Positions 10,200 to 22,959 of a DNA stretch of 64,000 nt are shown here, one piece after another. The DNA is from Narcine bancroftii. Its lineage: Eukaryota. Position numbers and translations under genes: made by a program. The stretch spans positions 217,372,001 to 217,436,000 of the forward strand of contig NC_091470.1 of NCBI RefSeq assembly GCF_036971445.1. Direction: 5' to 3'. Position 1 is the first letter of the stretch. The number at the start of each line of letters is the position of its first letter. The notes beneath the pieces were generated by a model. It had not been told where the DNA came from. It saw only the letters and a program-made list of their open reading frames with translations, and ran no database searches.

Positions 10200-12452
10200 T
10201 TTTTCATTAATACTGACTGGTGCACGGAAGCTGGAGTTATGTCGACCTCCTTCCTGCTCTACTGTCTTAGAGCAAATCTCGATTAAATGCAGATGCTTCT
10301 ATCTATCCCGAGTGCTCTCATCAGTGATTCTCACCGGAGTTGATATCCCTCCCCATGTCGATTACAAACTTCCCTTGTGGTGTTGCATGATTTGGTCAGT
10401 AAACAAGAGATGACCCATTATGATGCACTACAAATCTTATTCGGAGACTTTAACCAGAAATTTCTGCCCAACTACTACCAGCATGTAACCTGATGTGTCC
10501 AGCACAGTTGATCATTGCTACACCAAGATAAGGCCGACCCACTCTTTCCCAAGACCACATTTTGGCAAATGGGATTATCTGGCTGTCCTCCTTCTGCCTT
10601 CATGCAAACAATACCTAGAAAATAGAGGCTCCAGGTATTAGGACAGCTAGAAGGTGGTTGCAGGAGGCTGATGAATGATTACAGGACTTCCTTGAGTCAG
10701 CAGATTGGGCGATGTTCAAGGACTCAGCTGAGGATCTGAAAGATCAGACTTTATCAAAGCAGCTGTAGACATGCGTGTGTCCACCAAATCGTTCAGGGTT
10801 TTTTCCCAACCAGAAGCTCTGGATGAATAATGAAATCCGGAACCTGCTCAGAGCCAGATCACAGACATCTAAGTCCAGAGATCCGGATAACAGCAGGAAG
10901 AGCAGGTGTGACCTACAGAGAGCCATCTCCTGGGTGAAGTGGACTTTCCGAACAAAAATGGAAACCATGGTTGAGTATTAAATATTTGTGCTGACCGACG
11001 CCAATGTATTCATGGATACCTTCCACAGCTCAGCCCGACTGGGCGTGGTACCCACCTGTTTCAAACAGGTGTCAATTGTTCCGGTACCCAAGAAGAGTGT
11101 GGTAATCTTCCTAAATGACTCATATCAACAGTGTTGAAGTGTTTTGAAAGGCTGGTGTTAAAGCATATCAGCTTCTGCCTGAGTGGTGACATGGATCCAT
11201 TCCAATTTGCCTATTGTAGCAACAGATCTACAGTTGATGCCAACTTATTGGCTCTACACAAAGCCCTGGAACACCTGGACAGCAAAGATGCGGTCATCAG
11301 GATGCTCTTTATCAACTTCACTTTAGAATTTAACACAATCATCCCCTCAAAATTGATCAGCAAACTCCAAAAGCTGGGGGCTTAACACCCCGGATCCTGG
11401 ATTTCCTCACCTCCAGATCAAATCAGGAAGGATTAGTAAGAACACCTCCTGCACAATCTCCATCAGTACCAGAGCACCCCAGGGCGATGCACTTACCTGC
11501 CTGCTTAACTCACTTTACACCTATGAATGTGTGACTTGGTACAACAACACTATTCACTAGTGATACCACGGTAGTGGGTTGTATAAAAAGGGGCGATGAG
11601 ACAGCATACAGATTGAAAACTTGGCTGAATGGTGCACCAACAACAACCTCACACTCATTATCACCAGAATTAAAGAGCTGATTGTTAACTTCAGGAAGGG
11701 GAAAACCAGAAGTGTATGATTCAGTGATCATTGAGGGAATAAGAGATAGAAAGTGTGCTTGTGAGTCACTATCTTGGAGGATCTTTCCTGGCCCCAACAC
11801 ACTAATGGTATCGTGAAGAAAGCACATCAGTGCCTCTACTTCCTCAGGAGTTTATGGAGGTTTGATATGGTATAGGAAAGAAACCCTGGTAAATTTCTAA
11901 AGATGTGTGGTGGAAAGTGTGTTGACCGGCTGCATCACGGTCTGGTATGGGGACACCAATACCCCTGAACTTAAAGACCTGAAAAATGAAGTGGACACAG
12001 CCCAGGACATCACAGGCAAAACCTTCTACACCATCGAGAACATCTACAGGGAAAACTGCCATCAGAGAGCAGCAGCAGCAATCTTCAAGGATCCACACTA
12101 CCCAGGACATGTTCTGCTCTCGATGCTACCATCAGGAAAGAGGTCTAGGTGTCACAAGACTCACACCACCAAGTTCAGGAACAGCTGCTACCCTTGGACC
12201 ATCAGACTCCTCAACAACAAAACCAATCAGGGACTCATTTAAGGACTGTTACTTGTTCACTTGTTGATTGATTTTCTTTGTTCTCTCTGTATTGCACAGT
12301 CAGTTTGTTTACATTTCTTTGTTTACATGTGTACGTTGTGTACAATTTTTTTTGCACTACCAATAAGTGGTAATTCTGCTTCGCCCACAGGTAAAAGAAT
12401 CTCAGGGTTGTATGTGATGTCGTGTCTGTATTCTTATAATAAATCTGAAATC
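10200..12452 (+). mobile_element. Rex1/Babar-type LINE, long degraded copy (EN, RT and 3' tail)
   Basis: IKCRCFYLSRVLSSVILTGVDIPP (endonuclease), FPNQKLWMNNEIRNLL, KCFERLVLKHI...DPFQFAYCSNRSTVDA...FNTIIP (RT), VESVLTGCITVWYG and tail aataaatctgaa. Confidence 0.85.
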
Positions 12453-12454
12453 TA

Positions 12455-13270
12455 ACCAATAAAGGCCAGCATATCATAGGCCTTCTTAACTACCCTATCA
12501 GAGTCATGCATTTGGACCACAAGTCCCTCTGTTCTTCCACAATGTTAAGTATCCTACCATTAATCATGTACTCTGCCTTCAAGATTGACCTTCCAAAATC
12601 CATCACCACTTCACACTTAACCAGATTGAACTCCATCTGGCACATTCCCACCAAACTCTTCATCCTACCTATATTCCTGTTGAGACCTACTACAACCTTT
12701 GACACTATCCACAACACCTCCAACCTTCATGTAATGTGCAAACATACTGACCCGTCCCTCTACTGTTCATCCAGATAATTTATAAAACTGTAGAGAGCAA
12801 GGGTCCCAGAACAGATCCTTGTGGAACTTCGCCTGTCATTAATGTTCAGGCCTGCTTTCTGCAGGCATGCCAAATCTGAATCCACAGAGCCAAGGTTCCA
12901 TGATTTTCTGACTGAGTCTTTCATGGGAGACTTGTCAAATACCTTACTATTCAATTCATCTACCACCATATCATTATCAATTTCTTTTGTCACCTCTTCA
13001 AAAAAACTCAATTAGGCTCGTGAGACAAACCAGCCCCTCACAAAACCATGGGACTATCCCTGAGAAAATTATAGTTCGCTAAATGCTCATAAATCCTGTC
13101 CATAAGAATTCTCTCCAGTATTTTGCCCATCACTAACACAAGACTCACTGATCTATAATTCCCAGGATTCTCCTCATTATCTTTTTTTTAAAACAAGGGG
13201 ACTATATTTGCGATTCTCCAATCCTCCAGTACCTACCGTGTGGCCAACAAAGGCCCAAAGATCATTGTGC
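12455..13270 (-). mobile_element. CR1 RT fragment
   Basis: Peptides FFEEVTKEID..SKVFDK and QMEFNLVKCEVV. Confidence 0.75.
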
Positions 13271-13408
13271 AGGTACAATCAGAAATTATGAAGGGAAATG
13301 ATGTTTGGGTTATATTTGGGAATGAGTGTCAGTACAAATGTAAATGTGTGTACCCTTAATTTTTAGTTAATCAGAGACCACACCTGAAATATTGTGTTAG
13401 GTGTAGAC

Positions 13409-13783
13409 CAGTGGTTTTCAACCTTATTTTTTCCACTCACATACCACTTTAAGTAATCTCTATACCATAGATGCTCTGTGATTAGTAAGGGATTATTTAA
13501 GATGGTACGTGAGTGGGAAGAAAAAGTTTGAAAACCACTGTTCTGATCCTACCTCATTGACATGTTATGTGCAAGGTTTCATAACTCCAGAGGAAATGGG
13601 CCAATGACAATTTTTCTCAAGCAAAATATTTTAGTAACAATGGGGCCTAGAGCAGTGATTCTCAACCTTTTTCTCCCACCCATGTAACACCTTAATCAAT
13701 CCCTTACTAATCATAGAGCACCTATGGCATTGGGATTACTTTTGGTGGTATGTGAGTGGAAAGAAAAAGGTTGAAAACCTCTG
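13409..13783. mobile_element. hAT/Charlie-type composite MITE made of two inverted modules of about 131 bp
   Basis: TIRs CAGTGGTTTTCAAC ... GTTGAAAACCTCTG and 8-bp TSD gtgtagac/gtctagac (Charlie-type NTCTAGAN target). Confidence 0.85.
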
Positions 13784-15849
13784 GTCTAGACTATATACTC
13801 AGATAAGCAACTTGGTCAGCATAGACTAGTTGGGCCAAAGGGTCTATTTTGTGCTGCCTCTCTCTTCATACATAAGGAAGTGAATATTTGTGGGAGAGCT
13901 ATTGGAGTGAAGAATTCATTCATTTTTGGGAAGTGTCCTACAGGGAGCGATAAATAGACTGACCCTACTTGTTTTTGAATTTAAAATAAGGAGAGATGAT
14001 TTATTCGAAATATCTGAATATCTTTAGTGGCTTAATAGGCTGTCCAGAACCAGAGCCCAAACAAATTATTCCTCTTTCAATTTCTAATTCCCTTCAGTTC
14101 CAACATGCCCATTCATGGGCACTCTTAGATCAGCTTAGTCCATATTCCCATCTAAAAGAGAATGAACAGAGAAATAACATAATCCTATAATGTGGAAATT
14201 GGGACAGATAGGCAGGAGTGTATCACTAAAAACACAAATCCTAAAGAAATTCAGCTGGTCTCACAGTGTTCATCAGAAGGATATTTCGGGCCTGATTCCT
14301 TCTTCGAGGTTTGAGTAAAAAGCAGGTGGTGTCTAAAGTAAAAGTCTGAGCAGGGAAGAACAGCCAGTAGGAAGAGCACAGACCAACGGACATAAGGTGT
14401 AAATTGGATAAGGATGGAACGTGTTCGCAAATCTATAGTGACCCCTTGAATTTCCAGTTCGGCATGAAACAAACTGGGAATGATCTTGATACGAATTTCA
14501 CTCCAGATGGTCATTTTCAAATTATGCCACAATTTCTGGGTCAGGATGCGAGTGAGTCAAATATTTGGGGATGAATGGTCTGGATTTGGAGATACAGTAT
14601 GACACAGACCTGTGGGGTTGAGCATTCTCCACATGGAGCTCTCAATCACAATCCATGTCCTTCTCCCTGCTAAACACTGATGCAAAATGCTAGTTTAGTA
14701 CTTCCCCCACTTCCTCTGATGCCAAGCATAAATGTAATCTTTTGTCATATCTTTCAGGTCATATTATTAATCTCTGTAATTTCTTTTGAAGTTTTATTTT
14801 TGAGATTCAGCACGGTAACAGGCCCTTACAGTCCATAGCCTTGTGCCATACAAATACAAAAGGCCTTGGGATTTTCTGCTCATCAGGGACATTTTCTGGC
14901 CCTTTTTGGCCTTCCTAATGTACTACTAGAGCTGTTTCCTGCAATCTGTATACATTCCTCCAGGGCCTTGTCTGATTGTCAGCTCCTAAATGTTACATTA
15001 AACCATGGAACACTACAGCACAGAAACAGGCCATTCATTCCTTCTAGTCTGTGCCATGCAATTATTCTTTCTTTTTTGTCTTTTTCAATCTTTTTATTAA
15101 ACATATTATGTAAACAATACATGAGGAGAATAAAATACAGAATTTAACAGAAACATCAATATTTTACAATACACAATACAACGTAGAACATTATAACAGA
15201 ACAATATTATCCCTTTTTCCTCATTTTAGAATATTCAAAAAAGAGAAAAAAAAATTGATGTTAAAAACCCATCTAACCTACCAAACTAAACATAAAAGAC
15301 TGGACAGCCTAAAATGAGAGTTCTCCATAACTGATCAATACAAACCATTTATCCGGTCTTTACCAATTTAAAAAAAAACAACAAAAATCCAAAACAGTCT
15401 GGAAGGTAAAGTCAAAATACAAATGAACGCCCCTCACATCCTGGAACTTGAGTCACACTGATATAAGCACGTACGTGTACTCTGGTCTGCACCGAAAGAG
15501 AAGGACCCGCAACACCATCTTCTGCCTTGCTGTCCACGCGTGAAAAGCGGGGCCGGTTCACCGCTGCAATAATGTGGAGTGCCACAGTCCTAGACTATAA
15601 TGCTAATATTAATTGATATTTTACCGTTATGAGCAAATTGCTTATAAAGTAATTCATGTGATTTTCATTTTTCATCTTAATAATATTAATTAACAATTAA
15701 TAATGAAAATGGGAAACTGTTATTTAGAGCATTTTTTACCAGTTGTATATTATGTATACATTTTGATATTTCCTTCTGTTATGTCAATGCAACATGTATA
15801 TGAAATTATTGTATTGAACTCAATAAAATATTCTAAAAAGAAAGAAATT

Positions 15850-16950
15850 GCAAGACTCCCAATAGAAATATTTGTATCATTGCTAGTATCATGTGAGGTG
15901 CTGGAAAACGGAAGATTAGCTAATCTTATGCCTTTGTTTGTGGAAGGCTGCAAGGAAAAGCCAGGGATTAAAGGCCAGTAAGCTTAAAGTTAGTGGAGAA
16001 TAAGCTATAGCAAAGAATTCTGAGAGATGGATTGAGAATACCATTGGAAAAGCAAGGGCTGTCTAGTAGACATCTTGGCTTTGTGCACAAGATACCCTGC
16101 CTCATGAATTTGATTTATTTTGAAAAGGTGACCAGAAATATGGATTAGGCCAGGACGGTGGATGATGTTCCATATGGTAGACCTGTCCACAAGTGATCAG
16201 GGAGATCTAACTGATTGAATAGAGAATTGACTTGATAGGGGGTGAAAGATAGTGGTAGGGGAGGGTTTTTACTCAGACTGGAGACCAAGACAGGTGCTGT
16301 GCTACAGGAATCTGTGTCAACTCAACCCTGGTCAAACTCAAACCCTGTCCATTGTTCTTCATCATTTATAATCTGGATGAGAAAGTAAGGGGCACAGTTA
16401 AAAGATTTGGGATGACACTCAAGTAAATGGTGCATTGGACTATGAGGAAGGCCATCCAAGTCTGCAATAGGATTACTGAGTCCATGGCTAGAGAAGTGGC
16501 AGATGGAGTTTAACTCTGGCCAGTGTGAGATGTTACACTCTGGTAAGTCAAACCATGGAAGGCCATGTACATAGTTCCATGAAAGTGGTGACACAGGTAT
16601 CAGGGAGATGAAGGCAGCATTTGGCACACTTCTTGGGGCATTGAGTACAAGTGTTGGGTTGTAATGTTATGGCTGCAAGAGAAGCTGTTAAGGCCACTTT
16701 TGGAGTATTATGTGCAGTCCCGGTTGTCCTGCTGTGGGATACAACAGAGGATGTTACTGGAACAGGAGGGCTTGAGATATGAAGAGAGGACAAATAGGCT
16801 GAGACTTTTCTCCTTGGAGAATATCATAAATGCCATCGTGACATTTGTTTTTCCCCCAAGGGAAGAGAATCTACAGCTGGAGGGAAGAGGTTTAAGGTGA
16901 GGAGGGAGAAAAGGAACATGAAGGATAAGATTTTCCTTCACGGTGATGCA
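15850..16950 (+). mobile_element. Degraded CR1 RT fragment, continuing at about 17790-17970
   Basis: Peptides RLANLMPLFVEGCKEKPG, LLRPLLEYYVQ and LRYEERTNRLRLFSLE. Confidence 0.7.
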
Positions 16951-16956
16951 AACACG

Positions 16957-17775
16957 ATTCAAGATTCCTTTCTTGTCATGTAATAAGAGAGTAATGTTAC
17001 ACAAAATTGTATTTAGTCTGCCATGAGGCAGACAAAGATTTGCCATCAGCAGAAATTGCCAGGCCCCTCTTACAGTCAGAGAAAGAGGAGGAAAAGAGAG
17101 TCACCGTGTATCCGAGGATTCACCTTCAGTATTTCTGCAGCCACATTGGCTCCAGTCCCAACTATCAGCAACCCGAGCCTCAGATCCAAACCTCCGACAC
17201 AATTAGGAACCCTTCGACGTCCTTGGCACCCTCTCGGATCCCGGTTTCAATTTCTGGTACCCATTCAGCCAGTCGAGCCAGTCTCCAGCAGTCCGCAGTA
17301 TGGTGTGAATCCTTCGACTGCACCCTCCAGCAGCCCACAGTCTGCCTGCATGGGTTCCTCACCCCAAATGTGTTCCTCAGCCGCAGAGCCCCTTACTGGT
17401 CCTCTGCGGTGGTCTCTGTCCCATGGGCCATCTCCTCTGCTTCTCCTTCTCATACCTGGATGGGGGTGGGTGGGGGGGAGTTTTCTGGTCTCCTGCTTCC
17501 CTGGAGTCTGCAACCCCTCATGGCTGCTGTCAATCATAGGTGCTGCCATCTTGGGTCCAGGCCCCCGCGGTTGTAGGATTTTAAATAAAACTACCATTGT
17601 TTCCTTCAACAGGCTGTTTACAGCCTGTACAGAGCTGACGGCAGTTGGACCGGGCGGTTGAATCCTGCTTGGAGCCCTGTGTTTCCTATCCCTATTCTCC
17701 ACAGCTTCCCTCCTGTGGCAGCACGTGCCATTACAGTAACTCTGGCAGCACCGCCATACGTGGCTCGAAACAGCA
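16957..17775 (-). mobile_element. Non-autonomous retroelement-like repeat of about 800 bp, copy 1
   Basis: Homologous to 21827-22640 and 52378-53130. Minus-strand tail ...atgacaagaaaggaatcttgaa; interrupts CR1. Confidence 0.7.
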
Positions 17776-18769
17776 GGGGAATTGGTAGAGATGGAACACA
17801 ATTACAACCTTTCTTTGAAAGGTGTATGGATTTGGACAGGTGTATGGATAGCAGAGCATCGGAGGGATATGGGTCAAGCACAGGCAAATGGAACTCGGAT
17901 AGATGGGCAAGTTGATGAGTAGAGAACTATTGGTCCAGAAAACCTGTTTCCATACTCTGCGACTCCACAACTCAACTGGGTCCAGGTGCATCCATGGAGG
18001 GAAATGGACCCTTGATGTCTTGTGTTGAGATCCTGCTTCAGTACTGAGGAGTACTAGAGAGAGCCGATGCTGCATTGGGTGGTGGGGAGGGGCTGGGGGA
18101 AGTGGGTTATGGGTAGTTTGGAGGTTGTTTCCATCAAGACCTCCACTTTAATTAGATCAGAGAAGGCCTCGGGGAATTGGCGAGCGTGTGTTGGATCTGG
18201 AACAGCTGGGAGGGAGAGGAATAAAAGTGGGTACTTTGAGGTGGGATGGAGATTGGAATAGCTGCTGGCTGTGAATGCCTATTTTTGTCTGAAAAAATCC
18301 CACTCTGCCAAGTAAAAATAAAAGTCAAATGTGACTTTCCAAGTTTTCAGCAAGGTCAATTGATTAGAAAGCAGAATACACAGCTTTTACCAGCTTTCTG
18401 TTGAGATTTATCTTGTTTGATTGCCTCCATGGTATGTCATGTCTAGAGAAAAGATATTTACCTGTAGCCTGTGACATTTCTGTTGCCATTATACCGTACA
18501 GAGGTCTACTCTGCTCAGGCTGTGTCAGGCTCAATCTTGCTAACAGAGAATTCCTGAGTGTTGATTAAACACAATTTCTGCGTGTTTCCTTCATACTTTG
18601 TGACCACTTGTGTTCCACTTGACAAAAAAAATACTGCAAATATGTTGCCTTCGTACTTCTGCTTCAGATGAAAAAGCTCCATCGTAAGTGGTTCGAACGA
18701 CTTTGTTACAGTGATGACCCGGCTATGAATCTGAAAGGATTCAGATTCATTACAGATTCAGAGTACGTA

Positions 18770-18905
18770 CTCCCCGTGGGTTTCCTCCCAGGCCTACGAG
18801 AATTGTAGGCTAATTGGTCACATGGGTGTATTTGGGCAGCGGGGACTTGTGGGTTGATAGGGCCTGTTATTGAGTTGTTTGTCTAAATTAAGAAAAATTA
18901 AAAAT
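18770..18905 (+). mobile_element. V-SINE 3' part
   Basis: Partial V-domain plus CR1-type tail. Confidence 0.65.
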
Positions 18906-18929
18906 ACAAAGTGAATCTTACCTAAAAAT

Positions 18930-19037
18930 TAAAAACACAATGCTGGAGAAACTCAGCAGGTCAAACAGTGTCCTTTATATAGCAAAGATAAAGATACATA
19001 ACCAACATTTCGGGCTTGAGCCCTTCATCAAGGTATG
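18930..19037 (-). mobile_element. Penelope-like terminal fragment with hammerhead-like motif
   Basis: Reverse complement catacc-ttgatga-a-gggctcaagccc-gaaa-tgtt-ggttatg...gacctgctgagtttctccagca. The same terminus follows the GIY-YIG remnant at 27060-29080. Confidence 0.7.
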
Positions 19038-19392
19038 AATCTTAGCTAATCAGCTCTTCCCCAACTGAAATGAATGTCCGTAAGACATAGGAGCAGAAAT
19101 AGGCTATTCAGCCCACTGAGTCTGCCCCAACATTTTATCATGAGCTGATATATTTACCCACTCAGTCCCACTGCCCGGCCTTCTCCTCATAACCTTTGAT
19201 GCTCTGGCTCATCAAAAACATATCAATCTCTGCCTTAAATACACCCAGTGACTTGGCCTCCACAACCGCCAGTGGCAACAAATTTCACAGCTACCACCCG
19301 ATGGCTAAAGAAATTCCCTCCGCATCTCTGTTCTAAGTGGATGCCCTTCAATCCTGAAGTTGTGACACTGAGAGAAAAAAATATATAACTTG

Positions 19393-19925
19393 ATAAAAGC
19401 ACAACGCTGGAGAAACTTAGCAGGTCAAACAGTGCACTTGATATAGCAAAGTTAAAAATAGATCACCAATGTTTCAGACATGAGCTCTTCATCAAAGTAT
19501 GGCCAAAACATAGGCAGACACCTGAATAACATGCTGGCGGTGGAGGAAGTGGCAGGAGGAGCACAAGCACATAGATGGATAAGAGAGGGCAAACACAACA
19601 GGAATTTGGGGGGAGGGAATATCCCTCTACTTTCCTCCAGCTCACTACCCCCTTCCCTCTCCATTCAACAAGCTATTCCGCCCCCCCCCCACTTCTATTT
19701 TCTGTTATGCTCTCCCTCTCTTATCCGCCTATTACCTCTTGCCTGTGGGGCTGTGCTTCTCCCCCTGCCCCTTCCCTCCCACCCCACCATTTTTTCGGGT
19801 GCCTGCCAATATTTGCTTATACTTTGATGAAGGGCTCAAGCCCAAAATGTTGGCTTTGTCACTAATCTTTGTTATATAAAGGACACTGTTTGATCTGCTG
19901 AGTTTCTCCAGCGTTGTGGTTTTAT
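19393..19925. mobile_element. Inverted pair of Penelope-like terminal repeats
   Basis: The left arm (-) and right arm (+) both carry ttgatgaag(g/a)gctca and ctgctgagtttctccagcgttgtg-like motifs. Confidence 0.75.
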
Positions 19926-21109
19926 TTCACTCATGGTGCCTGCAGACTTTCGTTTTATTCCTTGCAATTTGCTAAAATGTATGACCTTTAATTGTATTTC
20001 AATTGTAACCTAGAAGTACATTTGTGAATCTCATTTCTGAGCAGACTGAGTAAGGCTGATGAGGTTGTATTTATTAGCACCATAAATGACTGAAAAGCAG
20101 TGGCATGTTAGTGGGCTGAGGTTTGCCTTTGTGGATAAAATTGTAGGACCTTACTGACTTAACCTGACTGGATAAATTGAGATTCTAGTTTGGATTTGAC
20201 CAAGAAAGTCTGCAGGCATAAGGGTCAAGTCCAATACACTGATGTGCTGGAGAAACCCACGCATGAAGTTTTGGAGGCATTTTTTTTTAAGATGAGGAAT
20301 TTCCTTTGCTTTGAGCAGGAAATGCTGCTCTTCATATTCAAGTCTGGACTGAGCTCACCCTGACTTGTTTGAACAGAGATCTCATTCTGCCAGCTCAACT
20401 GTAAATCTGACTGTAAACCTTGCAATCCTTTAAAACAGTCAGAACAAATCAACTGAATGCTGGGGAATTATCAAAAGGCAGACCTTTTTACTCTGGGTCC
20501 CCATCTGAGGCCACCACCTTGCCTAAATCTTATTCATTTTGCTGAATGAACCTCCATCCCATCTCGCCACAGCATCATTGCAGAAAAATACAGTTGATTA
20601 ATGATGCTTTTTTTTTCTCTACATTAGACAACTGGAAATCATTATTTCTCTCTGCTTGATGTTCAGTCATGGCTATTTCTTGGACGTTTTGAATTGCTCA
20701 GAAAATGTCACCACCCTAATGCAATTTTGGCGTCAAGGGCAAGCAAAATGACCTTATCATAATTTGGACTAATGCTAGAAAACTTGGACCTTCCAGTACT
20801 TTAGGGACAAATTGTCCTCCCTTCCAAATCTTTGTTTTCATCCACAAATCCACATTTTCTGCATCAGCCTGAGGTCCACCCGTTGGACAGAGAAGGCCGG
20901 AAATATTTGGGTGCATCTGAGGAGGGAGAAACTAAATGAATATTTCAGGTTGATGATCTTTCATAAAACCTGAGAATTGTTGGCGACAATAAAGGCAGGT
21001 TTTAATGTGCACTGGATGATGGTGGAGGAAAGAAAGGGAAGTCTGGGATATCAAGCAGTTCCTTCAGTCGACATAACTGATTTCCCAGGTCCCTAATCAC
21101 ATTAAGCAC

Positions 21110-21826
21110 ATACAAAACAGGAGCAAGATTTGGCCATCGAGCCAGGTCTACTGTTCAATAAGATCATGACAGATCTGGTCAGGGACTCATCTCCACCAAC
21201 CTGTCTGTTTCCCGTAACCCTTAATTCCTTATTGTTCAAAAATTTTGCATTCTATCTCTTAAATATATTTAATGAGGCAACCACTGCTGCTTACTAGGAC
21301 AGAGAATTCTCCAGATTCATCACTATCTATCTGGTGGAGGTTGTACAACATAGTCTGAAATCTAGTCCCTCAAATCCTGAAGCTGTATCCCCTAGTTCTA
21401 GTTGTATCTGCCTATAAGAACAATCTTTTGTCTTCTATCTTGTCTATTCTTCTCATAATTTTATATGTTTCTAAAGCCCCCCCTACCTTTCTAAACACCA
21501 ATGAGTGTTGTCCCAGGCTACTGAATCTATCCTCCAAAGCTGAGCTGTACAATTCTGTAATCAATCTGGTGAACCTCTTCTGCACTGCCTCCAAAGCCAG
21601 TGTATCCTTCCCCAAGTAATGAAACCAGAACTGCACACAGCACTCCAGATGCAGCCTCACCAGGATCCTGTACAGATGCAGCAGAAGGTTGCTGCACTTA
21701 AATTCAATCCTTCTAGCAATGAAGATCATTTGCCTTGATGACCTGCTCTGCCTGCAAAATAACCTTTTACGATTCATGTTCAAGAACACCCAGGCCGATC
21801 TGCACAGCAGCTGCAAACTTTCAGCA
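21110..21826 (-). mobile_element. CR1 3' ORF2 fragment
   Basis: LLHLYRILVRLHLECCVQFW...LEAVQKRFTRLI. Confidence 0.85.
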
Positions 21827-22640
21827 TTTCAAGATGCCTTTGTTGTCATGTAATAAAAACTGAAATATTATACAAAATTTGCTTTAGTCTGATTCGCCAT
21901 CAGCAGAAATTGCCGAGTGCCACTTACAGTCAGAGAAAGAGAAGCAAAAGAGAGTTCCCCCCCAGAGACACCGCATGTCCGTGGATTTGCCTCCAGCGCT
22001 GCCGCAGTCTTCACAGCCACACAGACTCTAACCCAAACCATCGGCGACCTGCGCTCCAGATCCAAACCTCCAACACAATCAGGAAGCCATCAGTGTCCTC
22101 GGCACCCTCTCACATCCCAGTTCCGATACCTGGTACCCCTTCAGCCAGTTTCGACCCAGTCTCCAGCAGTCCGCAGTGTGGTGTGAATCCACAGCCTGCA
22201 TGGGTTTCTTGCCTCGAATCGCAAACAGTCCCCCATCTGCATGTTTTGCAGCTGCAGAGCCCCTCGCTGTTCTGCCGCCGTAGTCACCGTCTCGTGGATT
22301 GTCTCTTCTGCTTCTCCTTCTCAAATTGGGGGGGGGGGGTGGTCTCCCCATTTTCTGATGCCCTGTGCCAGTCCTCTGCTTCCCGGGGAGACCGCAACCC
22401 CTCGAGGCTGCTGACAATCATAGGCGCCGCCACCTTGGGGCCCAAACCTCACAATCGCAAGATTTTAAATAAAAGCACCATTGACTCCGTTAACGGGCTG
22501 TTTAAAGCCTGCGCAGAGTCATCAGTAGTAGGAGCGGGTGGTAGAAGCCTGAAGAGGAGTGCTCATTCTCCCAGGGTTCACATCAGTGGCAGTGCAACAA
22601 TTGCACTATCTTTGGCAGCGCTGCCATTTACATTTTTTCC
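21827..22640 (-). mobile_element. Non-autonomous repeat of about 800 bp, copy 2
   Basis: ttcaagatgcctttgttgtcatgtaata...gccatcagcagaaattgcc...cttacagtcagagaaaga is shared with copy 1. Confidence 0.7.
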
Positions 22641-22959
22641 TTCCAAAGTGGATGACTGCACTGAGGTTGCACAATCCGCCAGACCCTTGCCCACTCACTT
22701 GACCTTTCAAAATTACTCTGCAGACATTCTGTGTCCTCCAAGCAATTTACTTTTCTGCTCAAGTTTGTGTCATCAGCAAACTTAGACACGCCATACTTGA
22801 CCCACCTTCCACTTCATTCATGGACGGTTGTGAACCCAGCATCGATCCCTGATCATTAAACAGAGAAGCATCCATTTATCCCAATTTTCTGCCTCCAGTA
22901 CAATCTCTGGAAGGCCATGACCCACACAAGAAGTCAATTCTGGACCAAGCAGGTGTCTC

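Noticed and set aside
21910-22785. 291-aa ORF, plus overlapping ORFs at 17007-17801
   Set aside because: These are GC-rich repeat copies, the frames are not conserved between copies, and I recognise no domain.
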